Source: a virus
IMG/VR virus record: IMGVR_UViG_3300026097_001139
Location: 1-64,000 of that record
Reading direction: 5' to 3' (one strand)
DNA: 64,000 bases
Positions 55,984-64,000 of the stretch are shown piece by piece; position 1 is the first letter of the stretch, and each line of letters starts with the position of its first letter. A program made the position numbers and the translations under genes. The notes under the pieces were generated by a model that had not been told where the DNA came from, did not search any database, and saw nothing but the letters and a program-made list of their open reading frames with translations.

Positions 55984-56444
55984 ATTCTATCCTTGATGCT
56001 GCTGATTATTTCTTCTTTGGTGCGAAATGGTCCTCTGTGTTCATACCGATCTAGCATGATCAATTTCGGACATAGTATGGTTTTCCATTTGGTTTTTTGT
56101 TTTACCTGATACCATCCCGCTGCAAACCAACTTTTGCTGTGCTCACCTTTGGTAAAAATTGGCAATTGATCAACAACATTGAACAATGGATTGTATGGTT
56201 TACAGTTGGTTGGATACCCGTGTACTTGATGTTCTTGGTTTTGTATTTCCGGATCGCTGTCTACAAAACTAATAGGTGTAGACAGTCGTTCATTGATCAT
56301 GTTCAGTGTTTTAAACTGTTCGATGCGTCCTTGCACTTTGAGGTTGTACACACCTTCACTGTTGAGCTCAATCTCGCCCACTTTATCTGTATCGTTTTGC
56401 AGTATCCAATAGCGATCAGCTACCACTGTCTTAGCTCTTAACAT
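55980..56444 (-). CDS. Hypothetical protein
   Basis: 154-aa ORF in operon after the RNase H gene. Confidence 0.7.
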   Translation of the reverse strand: MLRAKTVVADRYWILQNDTDKVGEIELNSEGVYNLKVQGRIEQFKTLNMINERLSTPISFVDSDPEIQNQEHQVHGYPTNCKPYNPLFNVVDQLPIFTKGEHSKSWFAAGWYQVKQKTKWKTILCPKLIMLDRYEHRGPFRTKEEIISSIKDRI

Positions 56445-57441
56445 TCAATAAATCTCCTTGGTATTTGGCTGTTAGCCATTTAGCAAATTGTTCTGCACTT
56501 TCGCTGAGCTTTGCTAAGTTGTGCTTGCCGCAAAATTTCATAAATCTCACGCCTACCTGTGGCACTTCCTTTTGTTCTAATTCTTGCACAATAGCTACAT
56601 CAACCGCGTCCTTGATCTGTTGCGGTTGTGCTGTTAAGTCAATGAGAGCACGATTGCGTTCATAATCGTCTAGTACACGATGTTCTTCGCCGTTGTGATC
56701 AGTCCATCGACTTAGCATGAGATTGTTCCATGCATAGCCACGCTTTTCGCGATCTTCGTATGCTTCTAACAACCCCACCTTGTTTTTGGTGCCTTTTTTG
56801 CGTACACCGGGATATGCTGAAAAGATATTGTCACTGCTGTCGCCTCTCATGCATTTTTCGAAAAGCAACCAGCCTGGATCAGGTGTTTCCTTGGGAGCCT
56901 TGGTTTTCTTGTCAATGACAGGTTTTCCTTTGCCATCAAATACACCGTCTGTGGTGATCAATTGATCTGCAATACCATTGTACTGTGTAACACGATTGTT
57001 CAGCAATTGTACAAAGTCTGTGTCGCTGCTGACAATAACATGTTGATCTTCCGGATGCAGATCAATCCATCTTGCAATTACATCATCCGCTTCTGCTTCT
57101 GGTTGACGGATAACACTGCAATTGGTCTGTGTACGCAGATACTCAATGAGATTGTCAAGAGTTTCCCAAAACATCTTGTCCTCTTCTAGTTCTGCGTCTG
57201 TGAGTGCTGCTCTTGCTACACTGCGATTCTTTTTGTATGGTTCGTAAACGTCTTTACGCCAACTACGACCTTCGAGTGCAAATACCACATGATCTGCGCC
57301 AAATTGTTGAAATACCTTGTTTACACTGCTCATTGTGACATGCAGTGCCCAGCCTACTTTTTCTTCAGCATCAGCGGCTCTATATGCTGTGTGCCTTGCA
57401 CGAAAAAACATGTTAGCAGTGTCAATAAGCAAATATTTCAT
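56431..57441 (-). CDS. rnh: RNase H / 5'-3' exonuclease (T4 rnh-like, FEN family)
   Basis: LLIDTAN, SWRK..YK.NR, EADDVI, SSDTDFVQL, GDSSDNI. Confidence 0.9.
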   Translation of the reverse strand: MKYLLIDTANMFFRARHTAYRAADAEEKVGWALHVTMSSVNKVFQQFGADHVVFALEGRSWRKDVYEPYKKNRSVARAALTDAELEEDKMFWETLDNLIEYLRTQTNCSVIRQPEAEADDVIARWIDLHPEDQHVIVSSDTDFVQLLNNRVTQYNGIADQLITTDGVFDGKGKPVIDKKTKAPKETPDPGWLLFEKCMRGDSSDNIFSAYPGVRKKGTKNKVGLLEAYEDREKRGYAWNNLMLSRWTDHNGEEHRVLDDYERNRALIDLTAQPQQIKDAVDVAIVQELEQKEVPQVGVRFMKFCGKHNLAKLSESAEQFAKWLTAKYQGDLLNVKS

Positions 57442-57448
57442 ACTATAC

Positions 57449-58144
57449 CTAATATAGATTGTTAGTTCTTATATACTGTAACACAATGTCAGCCCAATGT
57501 CTATGACCATCTTCGCCATAATGATAACTGTCAGGGTTCACTGTGCGCATACCAGCATCTTGTAATTGATTATGAAAGGTGCCTGCATCCGAGTATGGGT
57601 CCATGTAACTACTACCCCAGTCTTTTTGCTGTTTTATATTGCTAAAACTGGTATTGCCATTAAAAAACACATGATCGATTCCAGCTTCATTTAGTTCCTC
57701 GTGAAAGTTCCAAATTTTTTCGTGTGCCTCGATAGTTTTTTGTTGCCAGTCCACATCTATTACGTATTGCTTATAGCGTTCTCTGTGACTTTCTGGCACT
57801 TCGTCTACGCCGCTGGCGTTAACTTGATAGTATACGTCGTCAATTAGCCACTCTTCTCGTTCCCAAGTGCTCCACTGAATTATTACCAATGCCTGGTCGC
57901 GATTGCGTTCCATCCACTTGCGTGTAGTGCGGATGATCCTGTCATTACTACTGGCACTTTCGGCATCGCACATGAATTTACAAGCTAGCACTGTAGCTAA
58001 CTGTCTCCCCCAACTCACAGACAGATTAGCAGGATGCGGACGACGCAACAAATGACCGTATTCTGGGTCATCTTCTGCAAATGCTGCTGGGTGTACTGCT
58101 TCTGCGGCAGCTGTATGACTGTCGCCATTTACATACAGTATCAT
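57449..58144 (-). CDS. SGNH-like protein
   Basis: VNGDSH, SASSNDRI, DSYHY..GH..WA. Confidence 0.65.
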   Translation of the reverse strand: MILYVNGDSHTAAAEAVHPAAFAEDDPEYGHLLRRPHPANLSVSWGRQLATVLACKFMCDAESASSNDRIIRTTRKWMERNRDQALVIIQWSTWEREEWLIDDVYYQVNASGVDEVPESHRERYKQYVIDVDWQQKTIEAHEKIWNFHEELNEAGIDHVFFNGNTSFSNIKQQKDWGSSYMDPYSDAGTFHNQLQDAGMRTVNPDSYHYGEDGHRHWADIVLQYIRTNNLY

Positions 58145-58815
58145 AAAATGCCTTCTCGTGTAGCATGGCTAAGCAGTCTATCTGCCCAAGCACGCTGGGC
58201 ATCGCTGTCATAGTGATGCTGACCTGGTGTAATTTCTTTGTATCCGTTCTTGCCACACCATTTAATATAGGTCTCGCCGATGGTGTAAGGTTCAACAAAA
58301 CTGCCGTGCCAATCCAGTTGATAGGCTTTTGAATAAATTCTAAATGTGTGAAAAGCATGGAAAAATATATGCGGAATTTTCATCCACTGCAACATAGTAT
58401 GCAAATTATAATACTTTTCATGCCAATACCATGCTTGACTTTCGTGGAAAGGTTTAGTAGTTTGCTGAAATTCCTTCCAATGATTATATCTGTTACGTAA
58501 TCCACTGCCGTCGATCATCGAATCGTCGACCATTTCAAGATTGTTTACCTGCATGTATTGTAATTCGCCGTACCACGGTACTAACCATTCGCCTCGGCCC
58601 ATTTCTGTAACACCAATAACAACAAAATCCGGCGTATTGTTTTGCAAGTATTCCATTGTAGTACGATAGATATAATCGTTGCTGGCACCTGTAAAGGCAT
58701 GATTTATAGTTTTGTTTGCTCTTAGTCTGCGTGATATTGTGCTAGCAATTGTAGGTTTGCCTGATTCTATTTCCGCACCGGCCATGTTGCTGTCGCCGTT
58801 GAAGTATATGTGCAT
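58141..58815 (-). CDS. SGNH-like protein (tandem paralog)
   Basis: FNGDSN, GASNDYI, GQHHY..WA. Confidence 0.65.
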   Translation of the reverse strand: MHIYFNGDSNMAGAEIESGKPTIASTISRRLRANKTINHAFTGASNDYIYRTTMEYLQNNTPDFVVIGVTEMGRGEWLVPWYGELQYMQVNNLEMVDDSMIDGSGLRNRYNHWKEFQQTTKPFHESQAWYWHEKYYNLHTMLQWMKIPHIFFHAFHTFRIYSKAYQLDWHGSFVEPYTIGETYIKWCGKNGYKEITPGQHHYDSDAQRAWADRLLSHATREGIL

Positions 58816-59186
58816 TATGTTACCTCTGTGTATCCGTCGCCAAGATCTCGTTTATTGCTAGGACCCTGTTGTGCTTGATCCTGTTCCCAGGTTTCCATAA
58901 CAACGTGTCTACACACGTTCTGAAACCATTGATCTACAATGTCAGCATCTGTCTTACCCTGATAACCTGCTCTAACTAGATTAGCAACAAACTTATCATT
59001 CCAGTCTAGTTCAAACGCTCCTTGACTGGGGTCCATTTCATCCAGTTCTAATCCAAGCACCGCTACATAAGGATCACCGCGCTCTGTGGCCAGTTCTTTT
59101 TCGGATTTCTTTGGTGTCTTTTTAGGTTTCTCTTGTGCTTCCGGTGTCTTAACAGGTTTTTTCTTTCCAAAAATTTTCTCAAACAT
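58815..59186 (-). CDS. Hypothetical phage protein
   Basis: FELDWNDKFV.NL..AGY..IVDQWF motif; TAATG overlap. Confidence 0.7.
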   Translation of the reverse strand: MFEKIFGKKKPVKTPEAQEKPKKTPKKSEKELATERGDPYVAVLGLELDEMDPSQGAFELDWNDKFVANLVRAGYQGKTDADIVDQWFQNVCRHVVMETWEQDQAQQGPSNKRDLGDGYTEVT

Positions 59187-60597
59187 ATTCAGGATCCTCT
59201 TCTATCTTAAACAAGTATAACAGCAACGGCATACTTGGTTTTTGTCCATGTAGGTATTCAGTGTAAGGCACTTGTTTGATATCGTCTAGAAGATTAGGAA
59301 TATCGAACTCTTGTTCTAGGACATTGTTGAGATTACTGGTATCCAAGTCATCAAATAAAGCCAAAAACATTTGATTGGTGAGATAGTTTCCTACCACGTA
59401 AAACTCTCTGCTGTTGTAGTGCTTTTCTAAAAAGCCCTGTACATCTAAGACTTTTATTTTTTTATCACCCTTGATAACAGCGTCGGTTCTGCCTCTCCAC
59501 CACATTACCCCGTCGATGATTTCCAGTTTGTCTCCGACCTTGTACCACCGGTCACTGCCGATGGTTCTACAATCAAATGTTTGGTCGTCGATGTGAATTT
59601 CTGAACTGGGATTTTGTATTGGGAACCTATTTGGATTGTATGTGTCCGCATTATCTAGATCAGTGACACTTAAATAGAGATTACCTACTTCTGTGTTGCC
59701 GAAGTTATGATATACACGTCGAGGTTTTGTTTTTGTAAGCAGTTGTTTCATTTCGTCATTGGTTGGACCAAGTATGGTAACCAAATCGATATCATGATCA
59801 AACTCAAGATCTAAATCTGGAAGCCTGCGTATCCAATTGTAAACAACCATCCATTTTGTAATTTGATTTTTATTACAGTATTCGACGGCCTTGGTTAGAA
59901 ATTCGTCTCTACTTTCTTTCAAATGTGTTTTTTGTATACAGTGATGCTTGCTGGTCATCATCCAGCTGGGCAAACCAAAATTCAGAAACAAACTACCGTG
60001 ATGCATAGTCTTGTGATGCAAGACCACGTCTTGGTTGTTGTGATCATACATTTCGATAATGGCTTTGGCGTTTTCTTGCACACTGTGATGTGAAATTTCT
60101 AACACTTTTGGAAAACCCGTTGTACCACTGGTATGTGTTTTTACCGCGGCTGTGGTAGGCTGTATTTCTACGTCTGGTATCTTGCGAGTTGCTTTCTGTA
60201 TAGGCTTGATGCCGTCCTGTGTCAAAATTCTTTGAGCATGAATTATAGGACGTTTCAGCTCCAGCCTGTTGATTTCATAGTCCGTAGCATCTGTAACATA
60301 ACAGTCAATGTATTCATAAAAATCTCTCCATGCAGGATGATTTGCTTGCAGTATGTTAAATTCGTGCTGTGCTGTTGCCATGCCTAGTCGCCATGCTGCC
60401 ATGACCACCGGGTACACAATTTCAAGATTGTTTGGATTAAGCAACACGCTTTTGCCTAGTGTGTTGCCATCAAATGCAAGATAAAACTGCTCCATGTAGT
60501 ATTCAACTAAATCGTTGATCTGTTCTGGATATAGTATCTGATCATTGTGTTGAATTGTAATATCTGATCTACACAGATATGCAGTATTAGTAATCAT
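59179..60597 (-). CDS. Adenylate-forming (AMP-binding/ANL) enzyme-like protein
   Basis: HTSGTTGFPK, FGNTE, GD..GR; start placed at MITNTA. Confidence 0.75.
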   Translation of the reverse strand: MITNTAYLCRSDITIQHNDQILYPEQINDLVEYYMEQFYLAFDGNTLGKSVLLNPNNLEIVYPVVMAAWRLGMATAQHEFNILQANHPAWRDFYEYIDCYVTDATDYEINRLELKRPIIHAQRILTQDGIKPIQKATRKIPDVEIQPTTAAVKTHTSGTTGFPKVLEISHHSVQENAKAIIEMYDHNNQDVVLHHKTMHHGSLFLNFGLPSWMMTSKHHCIQKTHLKESRDEFLTKAVEYCNKNQITKWMVVYNWIRRLPDLDLEFDHDIDLVTILGPTNDEMKQLLTKTKPRRVYHNFGNTEVGNLYLSVTDLDNADTYNPNRFPIQNPSSEIHIDDQTFDCRTIGSDRWYKVGDKLEIIDGVMWWRGRTDAVIKGDKKIKVLDVQGFLEKHYNSREFYVVGNYLTNQMFLALFDDLDTSNLNNVLEQEFDIPNLLDDIKQVPYTEYLHGQKPSMPLLLYLFKIEEDPEYV

Positions 60598-61687
60598 AAA
60601 GATCCAGCATCTCCCACGGTAAATCTGCTTTTCCAAAATGCCCATAGTTGGTAGTAGTGCGATAGATCGGACGGAACAATTGGAATTGATCAATGATACC
60701 CTTTGGTGTAAGATCTACATACTCTCGAATGTTGTTTGTTAGTTTCTCGTTATCCCCGTTGCTTTGGACATACACACTCATTGGTTCTGTTTCGCCAATA
60801 GCATATGCAATCTGCACAGTGCATTCACTTGCTTCGCCGCTGGCTACAACGTTCTTCGCCAACCATCTAGCCATATATGCTGCACTGCGATCTACTTTAC
60901 TAGGATCCTTGCCGCTGAATGCTCCGCCACCGTGTGGGCTGTACCCACCGTAGGTGTCTACAATAATTTTACGTCCAGTTACCCCTGCATCTCCGTCTGG
61001 CCCGCCGATGACAAATCGTCCTGTTGGGTTGATATAAAACCAGGTGCTGTCCAATAGATGCGGGGGAATGACACTGCGGATAATTTTTTCTACTTCGTGT
61101 TTGACAAATGCCTGCTCAGTTTCTTCTGTGTGCTGTGTACTGCACACAATGCGATCAATACCAACTGGTTTTCCATTGTTGTCGTATTGCATGGTTACCT
61201 GACTTTTATTATCTGGGCCTAACCAGTCATAACCCGGCATTTGTTTACGGTAATCTGTCAAGGCTTGAGTGATTACATGACTCCAGTAGATAGCACTGGG
61301 CATGTACTCTTTGGTTTCGTCGCAGGCATACCCAAACATAAGTCCTTGATCGCCTGCACCAAATGTGTCTGTGCCTAGTGCAATGTCTGAGCTTTGGTCG
61401 TGCATGAGATTGCTGAATTCAAAATTCCTCCAATGAAATCCTTCTTGCTCGTAGCCAATTTCTTTTACAGTGTCACGAATTTTGGCTTCTACATAGTTCC
61501 AGTCTAGGTCCGGGCACTTGTACTCGCCTCCAATGATAACTCTGTTTGTGGTTACCATGGTTTCGCATGCACATCGCATGCTTTCGTCTTGATAGTCCAT
61601 GATACAGTCAAGCACAGTGTCGCTGATTGCATCTGCAATTTTATCAGGATGGCCTTCGCTTACGCTTTCACTTGTGAAATAATACAT
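60587..61687 (-). CDS. metK: S-adenosylmethionine synthetase
   Basis: FTSESVSEGHPDK, GAGDQG, GGGAFSGKDPSKVDRS. Confidence 0.97.
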   Translation of the reverse strand: MYYFTSESVSEGHPDKIADAISDTVLDCIMDYQDESMRCACETMVTTNRVIIGGEYKCPDLDWNYVEAKIRDTVKEIGYEQEGFHWRNFEFSNLMHDQSSDIALGTDTFGAGDQGLMFGYACDETKEYMPSAIYWSHVITQALTDYRKQMPGYDWLGPDNKSQVTMQYDNNGKPVGIDRIVCSTQHTEETEQAFVKHEVEKIIRSVIPPHLLDSTWFYINPTGRFVIGGPDGDAGVTGRKIIVDTYGGYSPHGGGAFSGKDPSKVDRSAAYMARWLAKNVVASGEASECTVQIAYAIGETEPMSVYVQSNGDNEKLTNNIREYVDLTPKGIIDQFQLFRPIYRTTTNYGHFGKADLPWEMLDLYDY

Positions 61688-61709
61688 TGTTTACCTTTTT
61701 GTTAGAGAT

Positions 61710-63074
61710 TTATTTACTTGCCAGAGATAAGAGCAAGTTTTGGTTGGGCTTCGGTTGATTGTCTTCTAGTTGGATATAATGAATGGAATCTAAGCAATTT
61801 TTGATATTATCTTCAATATCAATAAAGTTGCTGTATATGTGTTTATTTATCTCGTTAATATCTAGTTTATCTGCGCCGAAAACAAAAAAATGCAGTCTTT
61901 TGTTGATATAGTCAGGAACAATAGAATAGGACACATCCAAATAATCAGATAAAAATTCGCGCAAGCGACTAAGATCTATTAAATGATTCTGTTTCTGGAA
62001 TAGTGTCAACGGATTACTGATATAATATCCTGTTTTGTTTTTGGTAATCGTGTGCCGTAATTTGCTGGTACTGTTGTTTCTTTTAATAACAGTTCCATCT
62101 ACACAGTGTGTAAATTCTATATCTGTGTCAACGTCTTGCATGCCAAAAGGCACATATGATTCAATCAAGTGTTTGTCTATACAATTTGAAGCATACACTC
62201 CAGTTGAAGCTGTGTAATAAAAGCAGGTAATACTCGTTGCACCATGATCAGTAATTAGCGATTGTGCTGTAGGAATGTCTAGATCGGCACAGGTAACAAA
62301 CACAAATTCTGTGCTGAACTCACTGGGTAATGCTTGATTTAAATTTTTTACACTTGATAGATATATGTGAGTGGCACCGATTTTTTTACAAAATAAGAAT
62401 TTCTTATACAAATAATTTGTCAAGGTTGTATTGGCAGCAATGTCTGTGTCGTAATAGTGTGTTTTGCAATTAACCAATGCAGGTAACGTATATGAAATTA
62501 AACTTTGCAACAATGTTCTTGTAGGATGCACTGGCATATCGCTGTCGGTGAACCCAATAGACTTGTTGGTGTACAAGCACTGGTCTAGGATATCTTTGTG
62601 CGTGAGATATACCAGTCCACTGGGATAAACACTGTCATCGCACTGCGTTATAAAGGCATTTTGATTGATGTTTTTTGATTCCGGGAACACAGAGTGTACG
62701 TTTTCCCACGGTTGAACCACAAAAGATTCTTTAGTAGGAATAACTTGATCTGTTAAGCCAGTGTAATCTACAATTGTTCCAATCACGCAATCAATAAAAC
62801 TATAAAAGTTTCGATCGTGTTTTGATAGTTTTTTTGCATTCGGCATTGCACCGTAGTACACAGGAATACCGTGAGCCCAGCAAGCAGTCATTGCCGCTGT
62901 TGCTGTGAATAAATGATTGGTGTTAATGTACACACACTGTGGTTTTACTGATAAACTCTCTAACTGCTCGTAGTAATAATTTTCTGCAAGAGTTAAATGA
63001 TCTCGAGTGTAAATCTTGCCTGAAAAATCAATAAATGTAAGATCTTTATGGAAAAAATCACTTACGCAATTCAT
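61710..63074 (-). CDS. Degenerate ANL-like protein (probable paralog of 59179..60597)
   Basis: Similar length and landmarks (AMTACWAHG..FIDCVI; LP.L..C.TH; V.DY..KRL); P-loop motif lost; TGATG overlap with queE. Confidence 0.45.
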   Translation of the reverse strand: MNCVSDFFHKDLTFIDFSGKIYTRDHLTLAENYYYEQLESLSVKPQCVYINTNHLFTATAAMTACWAHGIPVYYGAMPNAKKLSKHDRNFYSFIDCVIGTIVDYTGLTDQVIPTKESFVVQPWENVHSVFPESKNINQNAFITQCDDSVYPSGLVYLTHKDILDQCLYTNKSIGFTDSDMPVHPTRTLLQSLISYTLPALVNCKTHYYDTDIAANTTLTNYLYKKFLFCKKIGATHIYLSSVKNLNQALPSEFSTEFVFVTCADLDIPTAQSLITDHGATSITCFYYTASTGVYASNCIDKHLIESYVPFGMQDVDTDIEFTHCVDGTVIKRNNSTSKLRHTITKNKTGYYISNPLTLFQKQNHLIDLSRLREFLSDYLDVSYSIVPDYINKRLHFFVFGADKLDINEINKHIYSNFIDIEDNIKNCLDSIHYIQLEDNQPKPNQNLLLSLASK

Positions 63075-63943
63075 CAAGTTCCCCATGCGTTTCCAAAGAT
63101 GTCGACGTGGAGACGGGGCGAATATCTCCATCCCCGCTCCATTGCGAGCTCTGCCACTCTCTGTGTGTTGAGACTGTATTCTTCGCTACGACCGCCCAAT
63201 GGCATAACATACACCGGGCACTGGATATTCTCTGCGGCATACTGTGATACAGCAGTGCCAACTTCGTCCACGTCCACTGCATCAGCAACCACAAACTTAA
63301 AATAAATGTCACTGTTGTTAACATCAGCATAAGACCTAGCGACTTCAGGGCATATCGCATCATCCCAGGACTCCCCACTGACTGTGAGCTTGGGAGAGCA
63401 ACTCCAGGTGAGTTTAAAACTTCTTTCTGCTTCCAGGCAATCAAGTAATTCTCTCTGAAGAGGCTGTGTGCAATTTGTCTCAATCGTGACATTTTTCAAA
63501 TCCTGCATCTTGGGATGTGCAAATAGTTCAGGCCAAAACCGTTGCCACAGCATGGGCTCGCCGCCTGTTAGTATGAGATGGACATCCTGTCCGCTGGACA
63601 TGGTCCAACAACCTTCGGGCGTGAGACTGAGCAAGTGTTCTACTACTTCGTCTACGGTTTTATTCATCATGAATTTTTTAAATTCAGGATAGATACTAGC
63701 GTATGTATCACAGCCTGTGTGCACTATGGGTAATTCTTCAAAGGATATATCCCGCTTGTGCACGTCAGTGGCAATTAAGTCTGCTACTTCTGGATTGTAT
63801 TTTTCGCGTTGCCATCCTCTATCTAGACCGAACCCTTGACATCTAAAGTTGCAACCAAAGGTACGCAGGAACACACTGGGCACTCCTACGTATTGTCCTT
63901 CACCTTGTACGCTGTAGAATGCTTCGCTGTAACGTAGATTCAT
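63074..63943 (-). CDS. queE: 7-carboxy-7-deazaguanine synthase (radical SAM)
   Basis: SEAFYSVQGEG..G.PSVFLRTFGCNFRC..GCDT, LTGGEP, IETN, SPKL, RYSPRLH. Confidence 0.88.
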   Translation of the reverse strand: MNLRYSEAFYSVQGEGQYVGVPSVFLRTFGCNFRCQGFGLDRGWQREKYNPEVADLIATDVHKRDISFEELPIVHTGCDTYASIYPEFKKFMMNKTVDEVVEHLLSLTPEGCWTMSSGQDVHLILTGGEPMLWQRFWPELFAHPKMQDLKNVTIETNCTQPLQRELLDCLEAERSFKLTWSCSPKLTVSGESWDDAICPEVARSYADVNNSDIYFKFVVADAVDVDEVGTAVSQYAAENIQCPVYVMPLGGRSEEYSLNTQRVAELAMERGWRYSPRLHVDIFGNAWGT

Positions 63944-64000
63944 TTCCTGTTATACTTCACTGTGTATTCTTGACCATTGGTCCAAAACGTGATGGTAGAA

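Noticed and set aside
846-63692. Numerous 60-165 aa ORFs antisense to or nested in longer genes (for example 21022..21519, 31534..31896, 54453..54875, 63058..63492)
   Set aside because: They shadow motif-bearing genes, lack SD or motifs, and are expected by chance.
1-64000. Alternative genetic code (stop-codon reassignment)
   Set aside because: Long ORFs tile the window under the standard code; TAG, TGA and TAA all end recognisable genes at the expected places; neither tRNA is a suppressor.

Overview
This 64 kb window is most consistent with part of a large (jumbo, T4-like) tailed phage genome. It is gene-dense, uses the standard genetic code, and has many ATGA/TGATG overlaps. Recognisable genes include thyX, an RNase H/5'-3' exonuclease, a tail fibre with a peptidase-G2 chaperone domain, clpP, a MoxR ATPase/VWA pair, metK, queE and two tRNAs (Cys, Trp). 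It also carries sigma70-type early promoters and TAAATA-type late promoter boxes. The dominant content is an unusually large tailoring-enzyme complement. There are 12 radical SAM genes: 7 with an N-terminal twitch-like Cys domain, one B12-type, and QueE among them. These sit alongside a carbamoyltransferase, an amidinotransferase, three Fe(II)/2OG enzymes (one with a halogenase-type H-Q-G motif), four GT10-like proteins, a 999-aa modular GT-like protein, sulfotransferases, SGNH proteins, a cytidylyltransferase, a UDP-sugar dehydrogenase, and a ferredoxin/ferredoxin-NADP reductase pair. I infer a phage-encoded pathway that builds a heavily decorated glycan or similar modification; the substrate is unknown. 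Separately, the intergenic DNA shows a recurrent design in which promoters overlap sequence complementary to the downstream translation-start region. The strongest case is a terminator loop with a perfect 13-nt antisense match to the start region of its own gene (the MoxR ATPase). All family assignments come from motif recognition by eye; no database searches were run.
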